Below are positions 30,947 to 41,045 of a stretch of 64,000 nucleotides of DNA, piece after piece; within the stretch, counting starts at the first letter, position 1; each line of letters begins with the position of its first letter. This DNA comes from Desulfobacterales bacterium (GTDB lineage Bacteria; Desulfobacterota; Desulfobacteria; Desulfobacterales; UBA2174): NCBI GenBank assembly GCA_963668645.2, contig CAXXWC010000018.1, forward strand, positions 352,001 to 416,000, read 5' to 3'. The position numbers and the translations under genes are program-made. The notes under the pieces are model-generated. The model saw only the letters and a program-made list of their open reading frames with translations, did no database searches and was not told the origin of the DNA.

Positions 30947-31624
30947 ATGACAAATTCGAGGAAAGATGAGGAGTCTCAAATGGCAAAACATGATCCACAA
31001 TGTGTGAAATGCACCGTTCTTCGATGTCGTTCCAAAGAAGAGGACAAAAAGGTTCCATCATTCTGCCCAACAGAAAAGTATCGTGGCTTAGTCGGTGAAA
31101 CATTAGAAAAATTGATGCTGCCCGAAAACCAAGCCGTAAATAAGGCCTGGATGGGTTATATGAGTAAGGTCATGGATCCGGAAAAACCGAGAGAAAAGCT
31201 CTCTTGGACAAGGGTTGATGAAATTATTGAATACGCAAAGATACGAGGAATGAAAAGGCTGGGCATCGCAACATGTGGGGAATTGATGCCTGAATCCAAA
31301 TTGTTGTCTGACATTCTTGAAAGTAACGGGTTCGATGTCGTTTCTGTAATATGCCTCTGTGGTGAATTAAACCCGCAAGACATTGGGATGTGGGGGAATA
31401 AGATCTGCAATCCAATAATGCAGGCAGAAGTACTCAACCGCGAAAAAACAGAGCTAAACATAATGATGGGGCTTTGCCTTGGGCATGACATACTGTTTCT
31501 GCGTTATGCTAAAGCAGAGACTACTCCTCTCGTAGTCAAAGATCGTGCTCTTGGGCACAACCCTGCAGCAGCGTTGTATCTCAGCCAGAATCCCATGTTT
31601 AAGGACAGATTCTTCAAAAAATGA
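30947..31624 (+). CDS. DUF1847 Cys-rich metal-binding protein, last cassette
   Basis: WTRVDE, LGIATC, ICNPIMQA, MGLCLGHD, VVKDRALGHNP; no intact attC found after it. Confidence 0.88.
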   Translation: MTNSRKDEESQMAKHDPQCVKCTVLRCRSKEEDKKVPSFCPTEKYRGLVGETLEKLMLPENQAVNKAWMGYMSKVMDPEKPREKLSWTRVDEIIEYAKIRGMKRLGIATCGELMPESKLLSDILESNGFDVVSVICLCGELNPQDIGMWGNKICNPIMQAEVLNREKTELNIMMGLCLGHDILFLRYAKAETTPLVVKDRALGHNPAAALYLSQNPMFKDRFFKK

Positions 31625-31691
31625 GATTGTCGATGGCTTAAGTTAACGACATTGGAATTAAAATACGAGGGTGCGATCGGCGGACGGACGG

Positions 31692-34600
31692 CTAGTTTTT
31701 CAGAACCCCGGCAGCTGCCTCCCCGGCTTTTTGCATGCGGCGGGTCAGCTCGAGGTAATACCGGCTCTGTTCGTCGCCGGGGTCGCGCGCCAGGGCCCTG
31801 GTCAGATAGACAATCGCCTTGGCCGTATTTCCCTGCAGGTAGTAGGCGGTGCCCAGCTCGCTGAGAATGACGCCGTCTTCCGGCGCCAGGGAGAGGGCGG
31901 TGGACAGGTTGGTCACCGCCTTTTCCGGAGCGCTGCGGCGAAGTTCCACCATGCCCAGGTACTTGTGCGGGGCCGCCTTGCGCGGCGCCAGGCCGGCGGC
32001 ATCGGCCAGCAGGTGCGCCGCTTCATCCAGGGATCCGCTTTCGGCAAGCAGCAAACCCAGGGCCGTCAGGGCCGGTTCGTTGTCCGGGGCGAGCTTCACC
32101 GCGGCGCGCAGGCTCTCGATGGCCCGGGTTTTCCTGCCGCCGGCAATACAGGCCAAAGCCAGGTTGTAGTGGTCGTCAGGGCCGGTTCGTTGTCCGGGGC
32201 GGCCGGCGAGGCTCTCGATCGCCGGCCGGCCGCAATTCGATGGCCGGCGAATCGCCGCCGGCCGCTTGCCGATTGCGGCGATCTGAATTTCGGCGCAGGT
32301 TCTTTTGAGCTCAGGCGCATTGAAGACCCCGTACGAGGGGACCAGGACGCGCCCGCAATAATTGGCAACTATTTGCCGGTAACGCGACTGCTGATCCTGT
32401 TCCAGGCGCGGCCACGGCAGCACGTTGAACATGGGCACGTTGGCCGAGGTGGCAAATTGCACCAGATCCAGCAAGGTTTCGTAATCGTTGTGGCTGTCGA
32501 AAAAGCGCTGGCTGGCCGGTGACAACCGGCGCCGGGCGGCGATGGCCCGTTCGATGTCCCCGCTGCCGTGGTAAAGCTTCATGGGGGCGGAAAACTCGAG
32601 ATAGGGCCGGTCGTCCGTATGCACCGGCCCGGTTCCGAAAAAGCGCCTCAAATCCTCGGCCAGGATCAGGTGGACGAGAAAATCGAAGCCGGGAAGCGTG
32701 ACCATGGTCGACCGCATGGCGTAGGCGGCATTCTGCCCGGCGACCTGCCAGTCGAATCCGCCTTCGTCGTTGTTGAACCCCATCATCAGGTAATCCACCG
32801 GGCCGACTTTGACCAGGGCGCTGGTGGGAAAGACGGTGGCGAAGGTCCGGCCAAGGAGGAAAAAGGTCTCCTGGTCCATTTCATAGGCCTGGATCCACTG
32901 GGCAAAGATCCCGTCGGCGGTCAGGTGGTGTCTGGCTAACCGGAAAAACTCCAGGGAGTAGAGATTGGCCAGTCCGGCCATCCAGGGATTGGACGGCTCG
33001 GAGATGATGACATCGTAGTTCTCGCGGGTCAGTGCCAGATGGTTGCGGCCGTCCTGGACGATCAGGCGCGCGCGCGGATCGTTCAGGCAGTGGTTGTTCC
33101 AGGGTGAAAAATAGCGCCGGCAGGCGGTGGTGACCGCCTCGTTGATCTCCAGGATGTCCAGCCGCTCGATCGGGTAGAGCAGCACCTCCCCGGCGGTCAT
33201 GCCGCTGGCCAGCCCCAGGAGCATGATGTTCCGGGCCCCGGGATGGAACAGCATGGGGATATGGGCCGAGAGCGACTGGGTGGATCGGTCCCCGTGGGAG
33301 GAGGCATCGGCTTTGCCGCTGTTGAACAGGGCCACTTCCACGGTCCCCAGGCTGGTGGTCTCCCTTTCCACCGTGGTAAATCCGCTGGCCCCCTCTCCCT
33401 GGAAGACAACCTTCAACCCCTGGCGATGGTCGGCAATCCGCCGCGCCCCGCCGACCAGGGCCGCTCCCCATCCGGTGCGGTCCAGCTCCGCCTGGAGCGC
33501 GCCGAAGTCGCGATACCACCCCCGGGAGAGCAGGTCGGTGCGCCAGCTTGGAAAATGGCCCGCTAACAGCCAGCCGGCTGCGAGCAAGCCGACCAAGGCC
33601 AGCCGGTACCGGCCGCTACGGTGGGCTGGCGCACCCAGATGGAGCAGTGCCAGTCCTGCCAGGGAAAACTGGAGTAAAATCACCAGCCGCAGCCCGTTCA
33701 TCTTGCCCAGCCAGGGGACGAGCACGAACCCGGCGGCGAAGGACCCGGCCAGGGCCCCCAGGGTGTTCAGGGCATAGGCGGTTCCCAGGCTGCGCCCCAT
33801 GGCGTGGAGCGATTTCACGTAGAGGCGGTTGACCAGCGGGAAGGCCGCGCCCAGAAAGAGGGTCGGGGCCAGCAGGAGGGCAAAGAGCACCAGGGACTGC
33901 ACCAGGACAAGGTGGAAAAACTGGCCCTGAAAGGTGTGGATCAGCTTGGCGAAAAAGAACTGGCCGTTGCCGAGGAGCTGGCTGACGGCCAGGGCCATGG
34001 CGGCGGCCGCCATCTGGGTGCCAGCCAGCCACCCCAGCGGATGGCGGGTCCTGTCCGCCACCCGGCCAAAGAGGATGCTGCCCACGGCCAGGCCGACGAT
34101 GAAGGTGGCCACCACGATGGTAAAACAGTAGGTCGTGGGCCCGGCGACAAGCCCCAGCAACCGGGTCCACAGCACTTCGTAGGCCATGGCGCAAAAGCCC
34201 GAAGTGGCAAAGATCGCCACTCCCCAGCGCGTCGGCCCCTTTGCGCCGTTGCCGGATCCCATGGTCCCGGCCTTGCCGGACGCGGCCTTGCGCGGATCAT
34301 GGCCCCGGTTTTCATCGACGGGCAAAAGCCGCGAGAGCAAAACGCAGCAGAGCCCGATCACGCCGTTGATGCAGGCAAAAAGCAGCAGGCTGTTGCTCAC
34401 GCCCAGGGTTTTGATGAGCACGAATCCGCACAGCACCACCCCCAGGGCCGCGCCCACGGTGTTCAGGCCGTAAAGCCATCCGGTTCGCGAGCCGATATGC
34501 TCCAGGCGCAGGACATAAAAGCGGCACAGCACCGGCAGGGTGGCGCCCATCAAGGCGGCGGGCACCAGCAAAATGAGGACGCAACCGGCGAAGGCCGTGG

Positions 34601-34943
34601 CCTGGTAGCACCAGAATTGGTCCAGGAGCCGGTCGTAGATCATCCGGTAGACCGGCTGGATGGCCCTGACCAGCAGGGGCACGAACAGGGCGCAGAGCCC
34701 GATGCCGATTTCCATGGCCCCGTACAGGGCCAGGAGTCTGCCGCGCCGGGCGATCCGGTCCACCGTCCGCCCGGAGAGGTAGCTGCCCAGGGCCAGCCCG
34801 GCCATGAAGACCGAAAGCACCGTGGCCACGGCAAACGGGGCGCTGCCGAAAACCTTGTCGATCAGGCGGACCCAGATGACTTCATAGACCAGGCCGGCGG
34901 CACCGGAGAGGAAAAAACAGGCGGCCACGAAGGCAGAGAGCAT
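31692..34943 (-). CDS. Fused MFS-like membrane domain / spermidine-synthase-like methyltransferase / TPR protein
   Basis: FFLSGAAGLVYEVIW repeated halves, LLGLASGMT, DGRNHL..YDVIISEPSNPW, C-terminal TPRs; start approximate. Confidence 0.85.
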   Translation of the reverse strand: MLSAFVAACFFLSGAAGLVYEVIWVRLIDKVFGSAPFAVATVLSVFMAGLALGSYLSGRTVDRIARRGRLLALYGAMEIGIGLCALFVPLLVRAIQPVYRMIYDRLLDQFWCYQATAFAGCVLILLVPAALMGATLPVLCRFYVLRLEHIGSRTGWLYGLNTVGAALGVVLCGFVLIKTLGVSNSLLLFACINGVIGLCCVLLSRLLPVDENRGHDPRKAASGKAGTMGSGNGAKGPTRWGVAIFATSGFCAMAYEVLWTRLLGLVAGPTTYCFTIVVATFIVGLAVGSILFGRVADRTRHPLGWLAGTQMAAAAMALAVSQLLGNGQFFFAKLIHTFQGQFFHLVLVQSLVLFALLLAPTLFLGAAFPLVNRLYVKSLHAMGRSLGTAYALNTLGALAGSFAAGFVLVPWLGKMNGLRLVILLQFSLAGLALLHLGAPAHRSGRYRLALVGLLAAGWLLAGHFPSWRTDLLSRGWYRDFGALQAELDRTGWGAALVGGARRIADHRQGLKVVFQGEGASGFTTVERETTSLGTVEVALFNSGKADASSHGDRSTQSLSAHIPMLFHPGARNIMLLGLASGMTAGEVLLYPIERLDILEINEAVTTACRRYFSPWNNHCLNDPRARLIVQDGRNHLALTRENYDVIISEPSNPWMAGLANLYSLEFFRLARHHLTADGIFAQWIQAYEMDQETFFLLGRTFATVFPTSALVKVGPVDYLMMGFNNDEGGFDWQVAGQNAAYAMRSTMVTLPGFDFLVHLILAEDLRRFFGTGPVHTDDRPYLEFSAPMKLYHGSGDIERAIAARRRLSPASQRFFDSHNDYETLLDLVQFATSANVPMFNVLPWPRLEQDQQSRYRQIVANYCGRVLVPSYGVFNAPELKRTCAEIQIAAIGKRPAAIRRPSNCGRPAIESLAGRPGQRTGPDDHYNLALACIAGGRKTRAIESLRAAVKLAPDNEPALTALGLLLAESGSLDEAAHLLADAAGLAPRKAAPHKYLGMVELRRSAPEKAVTNLSTALSLAPEDGVILSELGTAYYLQGNTAKAIVYLTRALARDPGDEQSRYYLELTRRMQKAGEAAAGVLKN

Positions 34944-35016
34944 TTTTCCGTCAGCGACGGGGAGCCTGGGGTGGGGCGGGAAGTATTTCAATTTTTCACC
35001 GAAGGCCGGGGCAGAT

Positions 35017-35475
35017 TCAAAGCCGGGTCGAGCGCCGGGCTTTCCAGCCGTAAATAAATCCGCACAAGCCGAAAATGATCGACAACCCGGCGACCACCTG
35101 CAGCGGGCGGTCCATGGCACTGCGGGCCGGGGCGGCCGGAGCGGTGGCGGCCGCCGGGGCTCCGGTTTCGGAAGTTACCGTGAAGTCCAGGGCCAGACGG
35201 TGGCCCATCCCGTCGCTGACCACGGCCAGCCAGGGGCCGGGAGTGTCCGTTTTGACCGTGAAACAGCCGTTGCGGTCGGTACGGCCGGTCTGAAAGGCCA
35301 CTTCGGTCTGGGGGGCCGTGATTTCAACGGCGGCGTAACTCATCGGTTCACCGTCATCGTAGCGGGCCGTGACGCAATGGGCCGTGGTCTGATCGACGCT
35401 GCCCTCGACGCCGTGGCACCAGCCGGTGGCAGCGGTCAGCAAGGACGCCGCGACGATGATGAAAAAGGTTCTCAT
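35017..35475 (-). CDS. NikL/CbiL-like nickel-cobalt uptake accessory membrane protein
   Basis: Signal peptide then HGV, YDDGEPMSYA, FQTGRTDRNG, DGMGH, C-terminal TM helix. Confidence 0.65.
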   Translation of the reverse strand: MRTFFIIVAASLLTAATGWCHGVEGSVDQTTAHCVTARYDDGEPMSYAAVEITAPQTEVAFQTGRTDRNGCFTVKTDTPGPWLAVVSDGMGHRLALDFTVTSETGAPAAATAPAAPARSAMDRPLQVVAGLSIIFGLCGFIYGWKARRSTRL

Positions 35476-35529
35476 CTTTTTTGCCTTTCGATGGGGACGA
35501 ATGCCTTCCGTTTCATCCGGCCCCGGTCT

Positions 35530-36930
35530 TCAGTCCGTCTTTCCGGAAGGTTCGTCTTTCGGCCGCTGCAAACGGTCGAAATAAAGGTAGGCCACAACCC
35601 CCAGGCCGATGGTGCCGAGTCCGAACAGGGCTGTGATGGGTCGACTCTTGATGGAAAAGAAGATGATCCAAAGGTTGCCCAGAATGAACAGCAGGGGGGT
35701 GAGCGGATAACCGAAGGTCCGGTAGGCCCCGGCGGCCGGTGGCGAGTGCCGGCGGACGCGCATCAGGCCGATGACTGCCAGCATGGCGAACAGCGAAAGG
35801 GTAAAACCGATATAGAGCAGCAGGCTTTCAAAGGAGGCCGAGACCACCATCACGACGGCGATTACGGCCTGCAATAAGATGGATGCCCCGGGCGTGCGGC
35901 GGTCCGGGGCCAGGCGGCCGAAGACCGGAAAGAAGAGCCGGTCCCCGGACATGGCGAAGTAGATCCGGGGGCCGGTGAGGATCATGGCGCTGATGACCGA
36001 CAAAAGCCCCAGGGCCACGGCGCCGCTGAAAAAACGGCTTGTGCCGTAACCGAAAAGCGATGCCGCCGCCTTGTCACCGATTTCCATAATCCCCTGCATG
36101 GCCTGGGGAGGCAGGGCGTAAAGATAGACGATGTTCAGCGCCACATAGAGGATCACCACGATGGTGGTGCCCGCAAAGAGCGCAAGCGGGATATTCCTTT
36201 GCGGCTCGATGATTTCGTCGCCCAGGTAGGCGGCGGCGTTCCAGCCGCTGTAGGCAAAGGAGACGAAGATTAGGGCCACGGCGAACTTCTCGGCGGACCA
36301 GCAAAGCGGGGCCGGTGCCGAGAAATGTGCGCCGGAGCCATTGCCCACCAAGAATCCGGCGCCGATGAAGACCACCACCAGGATGAACTTGAACAGGGTC
36401 AGGGCGTTTTGCACCCGGCTGCCCACCTTCAGGCTGTGGTAGTGGATCAGGGAAAAGAGCACGATCACGCCGATGGCGGTCAGGGTCAAAGGCGTGAGGG
36501 TCGCCAGGCAAACGCCGCCCAGGGCGAGCCTCAATCCGCCTCCAGCACCAGGGATGGAAAATGTCCGGAACAGATAGGTGGCAAAGGCCATCGAGGCGGC
36601 CGCGATGGGCGCGGAAAAACCCACGATCAGGGAGATCCAGCCGGACAAGAATCCCACCGGCCGGCCCAGGCTTTCCCTTAAAAAGACATACTCTCCCCCG
36701 GCCCGGGGGAACCTGGCCCCCAACTCCCCGTAGCAAAGGGCGCCGCACAGGGCGAAGAGGCCGCCGCACAGCCAGCACAGGAGCAGTGCGCGCGGGTCGC
36801 CGAGTTCGGCCATGATAAACCCGGAAGTGGTAAAAATGCCGGTGCCGACCATGTTAGCCACCACCAGGGCCGTTGCCGAAAACCACCCCATTTCCCGTTT
36901 CAATCCCACGGCGTTGAACGACTTTTTCAT
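35530..36930 (-). CDS. APC-family amino acid permease
   Basis: NMVGTGIFTT, YGELGARFPRAGGEY, FAYSGWN, GPRIYFAM. Confidence 0.92.
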   Translation of the reverse strand: MKKSFNAVGLKREMGWFSATALVVANMVGTGIFTTSGFIMAELGDPRALLLCWLCGGLFALCGALCYGELGARFPRAGGEYVFLRESLGRPVGFLSGWISLIVGFSAPIAAASMAFATYLFRTFSIPGAGGGLRLALGGVCLATLTPLTLTAIGVIVLFSLIHYHSLKVGSRVQNALTLFKFILVVVFIGAGFLVGNGSGAHFSAPAPLCWSAEKFAVALIFVSFAYSGWNAAAYLGDEIIEPQRNIPLALFAGTTIVVILYVALNIVYLYALPPQAMQGIMEIGDKAAASLFGYGTSRFFSGAVALGLLSVISAMILTGPRIYFAMSGDRLFFPVFGRLAPDRRTPGASILLQAVIAVVMVVSASFESLLLYIGFTLSLFAMLAVIGLMRVRRHSPPAAGAYRTFGYPLTPLLFILGNLWIIFFSIKSRPITALFGLGTIGLGVVAYLYFDRLQRPKDEPSGKTD

Positions 36931-36973
36931 CCTGGTGCCCCTACGGTTGCGGCCCGGTTGTCCTGAAATACGA

Positions 36974-37813
36974 CTACTGCATGAAATCGCCGACGTAGAC
37001 CAGATGCTCAAAGGGGAAGGGTTGGCCTTTGACCTTGTCGATGATGGTGTCCAGGCGGCCCTTGACGATGCGCTCCTTTTGCTTGTAGCCGGCGTGGAAC
37101 ACGATGGCGATGGGGGTTTCGACGGGGTAGTGGCTTTTGAGCTTCTCTACCAGTTCATCGAATTTGGTGTGCATGGTGAAGATCACCATGGTGGGGTGGG
37201 AGGCGGCCAGCTTGTCGATTTCGCGGTAGGTGGTCAGCACCGCCGAATGATTTTGCCGGCCCGACATGATCTCCTTGCCCATGGCCGCGTTGGCCGCGTT
37301 GAAACAACTCACCCCGGGAACGATTTTGGGATTCAGGTCCTTGAATTCATCGAGGTACCAGTGGTAGGGGCCGCCATAGATCATCAGGTCGCCGCTGCCC
37401 AGCACCGAAACCGTTTTACCCGCTTTGACCGCGGATCGGATCTGTTGGATCAATTGGGCCCGTGCATCCGCTCTTTTCTGGCATTCGGCCCGTTCTTCGG
37501 GATTCTCGATGGAGGCGCAATCCTTGTGGCGGGTGCGCCAGCCGGCCAGGGAGGGGTCCAGGATGGTCTTGCTGTTCAAATATTCGGCGAATTCTTTCTT
37601 TTCCCTGTCCCGGCAGATGATGACATCCGAGGCTTTGATGGTGTTGACGGCCCGCAACGTGATCAGATCCGGATCCCCAACACCGAGGCTCACCAGGTAA
37701 AAATGGCTGCCATCGGCCTGATCCTGGGCCGTGGCGGCGCTGGCCGCGGTGGCCAGCGCAATACACATCGCGACAAGCACATAGATCGCTGTTTTCGATC
37801 TGCTGATTTTCAT
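36974..37813 (-). CDS. Tetrapyrrole (corrin) methylase-family protein with apparent signal peptide
   Basis: LVSLGVGDPDLITLRA, GDLMIYG, VPGVSCFNAA; N-terminus basic-hydrophobic-ASA/ATA. Confidence 0.8.
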   Translation of the reverse strand: MKISRSKTAIYVLVAMCIALATAASAATAQDQADGSHFYLVSLGVGDPDLITLRAVNTIKASDVIICRDREKKEFAEYLNSKTILDPSLAGWRTRHKDCASIENPEERAECQKRADARAQLIQQIRSAVKAGKTVSVLGSGDLMIYGGPYHWYLDEFKDLNPKIVPGVSCFNAANAAMGKEIMSGRQNHSAVLTTYREIDKLAASHPTMVIFTMHTKFDELVEKLKSHYPVETPIAIVFHAGYKQKERIVKGRLDTIIDKVKGQPFPFEHLVYVGDFMQ

Positions 37814-37880
37814 GGGTGCCTCCATACCAGAACCCAGTCAGGCGGTAGACGGATAAAACGTCAAGGGGGGTGCCGCGCGG

Positions 37881-38726
37881 CTATTTGCCCACCTTAAAAG
37901 TAAAAGCCATGTTGTAGCTATGCTCATCGCAGGTGCCCGCATCCTCAAAGGGGCAGCGATGGGAGAGCATGATCATCCAGTAGCCGCCCTTGTCCAGCTG
38001 CAGTGCGGCCTTGCCCTGGGCGTCGGTCTGGGTTTGCACCGGGAAATGATGGCTGTGCCCTTTTGAGGGTCTTTTCCCATCCTTGCCGGGGGCGGCCGGT
38101 TTGGGAGGCGCACCTTGTTCGCTTTCAAACCCGGCATAGGTGGCCCTTACGGTGGTATCGGCAAGGGGCTTGCCTTCGTACAGAACCTGGATGCTCAGCG
38201 TGTCGCCCGGTTTCATGCGGCTCAGGTCGTTTTGGGGAATCACCTCCAGCCCTTGGCCGGCCGGACGGGTGAGGTTGGTGTCCTTTGCGCCGGCGATGAG
38301 CACGGTCTTGGCCTGGATATGGAAGTTGGTGCACTTGACGGCGTTGGCCACCTCTTTCTTGTTACCCCATTTGCGCCCTTGCGGGGTGTTGGTGAAAAAG
38401 CCGGACTTGATCCTGGCGCTGACCAGATAGGCGCCCGGTTTGTCGATTTTAAGCTGATAAAGATCGGCTGACACCTTGGTCAGGTCGACGGTCTTGCCAT
38501 CGGGGTCCACCGCCGTGATGTTTTCCACGCGGCCGTCCTTTACCTCCTGGTCGATCCGGTTGGCCGGATACGTGTGACCCCAGCCGATGCCGATATCCAC
38601 GGTGGTGCCGACCTGGGGAAAGTGGTCGGCCGGATTGAGCCACAAGTTGTGCGCCGCAACGGGGGGGCAGAACGCGATGAGGCAAACGGCGGTAAGCAGC
38701 AGGACGATCAGCGATTTTCTATTCAT
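37881..38726 (-). CDS. DUF4198 periplasmic protein (Ni/Co uptake associated)
   Basis: Signal peptide, AHNLWL, GWGHTYP, GLEVIP, VLYEGKPL, TDAQGKA. Confidence 0.82.
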   Translation of the reverse strand: MNRKSLIVLLLTAVCLIAFCPPVAAHNLWLNPADHFPQVGTTVDIGIGWGHTYPANRIDQEVKDGRVENITAVDPDGKTVDLTKVSADLYQLKIDKPGAYLVSARIKSGFFTNTPQGRKWGNKKEVANAVKCTNFHIQAKTVLIAGAKDTNLTRPAGQGLEVIPQNDLSRMKPGDTLSIQVLYEGKPLADTTVRATYAGFESEQGAPPKPAAPGKDGKRPSKGHSHHFPVQTQTDAQGKAALQLDKGGYWMIMLSHRCPFEDAGTCDEHSYNMAFTFKVGK

Positions 38727-38885
38727 TTGATTTCTCCGATATTTGGAATGGTTTTTCCCGGTTGTGCGTGCCCCACCCCGGCCAGCGCCGCCTCTTTGCC
38801 TTCCTGGCGGGCTGGGGACCGGGGTGGGAGAAACCGTATTCGATGATCCAGGTTTCAGCATCGGTTGGCGGCGTATCCGGTACGG

Positions 38886-41045
38886 TTAGAACCGGACGTC
38901 GAAGACGACGCCGAAGGTGCGGTCCGTGGCCAGGTACCCCCGCGAATCGTAGTACTCCTCGTCGAAGAGGTTCTTGCAGTAAAGCTGCAGCCGGGCGTTC
39001 TTCATGTGCCATTTATTTTTGAAAAGGGTCTGTTCCACGGCGAAATTGAAAAGGCTGTAGGCCGGGTTGTCCTCTATACGCCAATCGTAGATGGGGTCGC
39101 CATTGTCATCGTCGTTGATGTACGTTGAGATCTCCTGGGTCTCATCGCTTTGATAGGAGTAATCCAGTTTCAGGGCGGTGTTGTCGAAAAGCTGGTAGCG
39201 CAGGCCGGCGGTGACGCGGTGTTCCGCCTCATCGTCCAGTTCGGTTTTGCCGGCCGGTTCATCGCCCTGGTTGTCGAAATGCTGCCAGGCGTACGTCAGG
39301 TAGAAGGAGAGGTCGTCGAGCAGGTGGCCGCCCAGATTGATTTCCACCCCGTGGCGGTAGACCTCGTCCAGGTTGATCTTATAGTCGCTGAAGAGCAGGT
39401 TGGGATCAACCCCCGACCCCGGCTTGATCTTGGTGAATTGGGCATAGCTTCTGTTGCTGGCGATATAGTCCTTGATCTGGTAAAAGGAGTAGTCGACCAT
39501 CAGCGAGATGTCGCGCCACAGGCGCCGGTTGAGCACCAGGTCGTAGCCCATGCCGTGTTCCGGATCCAGCCAGGCCCCGGCCGGCTGGCCCTGGGGGTTG
39601 TAATCCCCGTGGCTGTCCGGCGCGTGCCAGATCTTGCTGACCCCCAGCGAGAGGGATGTGTCCCGCAGCCATTCGGCCATGTGGTCCATCTTCAAGGTGG
39701 TATAGGATTTGGGCACCAACTGGTTCCAGTTGCGCTCGATCCAATCTCCCCGGTTGGGAATCCCGCGGTTGCTGACCCAGATGGTCACATCCTCGTTGCG
39801 CAGCCCCAGTTTCACGTCCAGATAGGAGGTGATGTTCCACTGGTGCTGGAAATAGGTGCCCTTTTTCTCGACCCGTTCATGCTTGTCCGAGCCGTCGTAC
39901 AGCTTGGCATAGTCGAAACCGATGGTGCTGACATGGTTCGGCGACCACTGGTATTCGTCCTGGATCTTGCCGCCTTTCTGGCGCCAGCAGGTTAACCCCG
40001 AAGTGAACTTTGTGCCCAGGGAAACGTTATTTTTATTGATCAACTCGTAGTAGGCCCGATCGCGATCCTCCATGCTGCTGTAAGCCGAAAAGGTCAGGCG
40101 GCCGACGGGAAGATTCTGCATGTAATCCAGGCGATAGTTCCAGGCCTCCTTGTCCCAGGTGGGGCCCTGCCAGGGGTCGAAAAGGGAAGCCGTTACCTCC
40201 GGGTAGTCCGGGTCGAAGTCGCTGCCGGTGTTGTTTACGGTCGCTTTGCGGTCAATATCCGATTGCGAACCGTTGAAGTTGATGTACCCCTGGTAGGGCA
40301 GCAGCACGCCCAAGCTGCCCGAATAGGTCTCGATATCGGTTTCGTTGTTGCGCAGGTACCCGTCGGTGGTGTTTTTATTCACCCCCAGGCTGTAGGTCAT
40401 CGTGTCCACGGCACCGTTCATGCTGAATTTGTAGTTCTGGGTGTTGTAAGAGCCGTAACTGGTACTCAGTTTGGCATCCGGTTTGAGGGTGTCCCGGCGT
40501 TTGGGGGGCTGGGTGACGATATTGACCACGCCGCCGATGCTCTTGCTGTCGAACAGGGCCGAGTGGGGGCCGGCGATGATTTCGATTTTTTCGATGGGCA
40601 ACGGTGACAGCAGGCTGTAGTCCACGATGTGGGACCCCTTGCGCCCGCCGGTTTTCTGGACGGTCAACCCGTCCACGGCCATCACGAAACGGTTGCTGGA
40701 AAAGCCGCGCATGGTCAAGGTGTCGCTGTCGGGCACCAGATCCGTCTCACCGCGGAAGTCGATGATGGCCTGGGTCTTGAGCAGGTCCTGGATATTGTTC
40801 TGCGGGCCGATGGACGAAAAATCCTCCACCTCGATGGTGGTTTTGGAGGGGCTTGTTGCAAGGCCCGGTGCCCCGCCTTTTTCCTTGACGACGATGGTCT
40901 CCAGTTTCTTGACCGATTCTTCGGCGGGCGCCGTCGTCGCCTCGGATTGCGCATCGGTCTGTTGCGCATGGGCGGGCCAACTGGTGCAAATGCCGATCGC
41001 CAGACAGAGAAAAACCGATGCCGCCGCCTTACCAATCCTTTTCAT
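38886..41045 (-). CDS. TonB-dependent receptor
   Basis: Signal peptide, LETIVV TonB box, IEKIEIIAGPHSALF..GGVVNIVT plug, NLFDEEY, terminal F. Confidence 0.95.
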   Translation of the reverse strand: MKRIGKAAASVFLCLAIGICTSWPAHAQQTDAQSEATTAPAEESVKKLETIVVKEKGGAPGLATSPSKTTIEVEDFSSIGPQNNIQDLLKTQAIIDFRGETDLVPDSDTLTMRGFSSNRFVMAVDGLTVQKTGGRKGSHIVDYSLLSPLPIEKIEIIAGPHSALFDSKSIGGVVNIVTQPPKRRDTLKPDAKLSTSYGSYNTQNYKFSMNGAVDTMTYSLGVNKNTTDGYLRNNETDIETYSGSLGVLLPYQGYINFNGSQSDIDRKATVNNTGSDFDPDYPEVTASLFDPWQGPTWDKEAWNYRLDYMQNLPVGRLTFSAYSSMEDRDRAYYELINKNNVSLGTKFTSGLTCWRQKGGKIQDEYQWSPNHVSTIGFDYAKLYDGSDKHERVEKKGTYFQHQWNITSYLDVKLGLRNEDVTIWVSNRGIPNRGDWIERNWNQLVPKSYTTLKMDHMAEWLRDTSLSLGVSKIWHAPDSHGDYNPQGQPAGAWLDPEHGMGYDLVLNRRLWRDISLMVDYSFYQIKDYIASNRSYAQFTKIKPGSGVDPNLLFSDYKINLDEVYRHGVEINLGGHLLDDLSFYLTYAWQHFDNQGDEPAGKTELDDEAEHRVTAGLRYQLFDNTALKLDYSYQSDETQEISTYINDDDNGDPIYDWRIEDNPAYSLFNFAVEQTLFKNKWHMKNARLQLYCKNLFDEEYYDSRGYLATDRTFGVVFDVRF

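Noticed and set aside
31625..31690. attC after the full DUF1847 gene
   Set aside because: Expected TGCTAAC and palindrome are absent; the array appears truncated here
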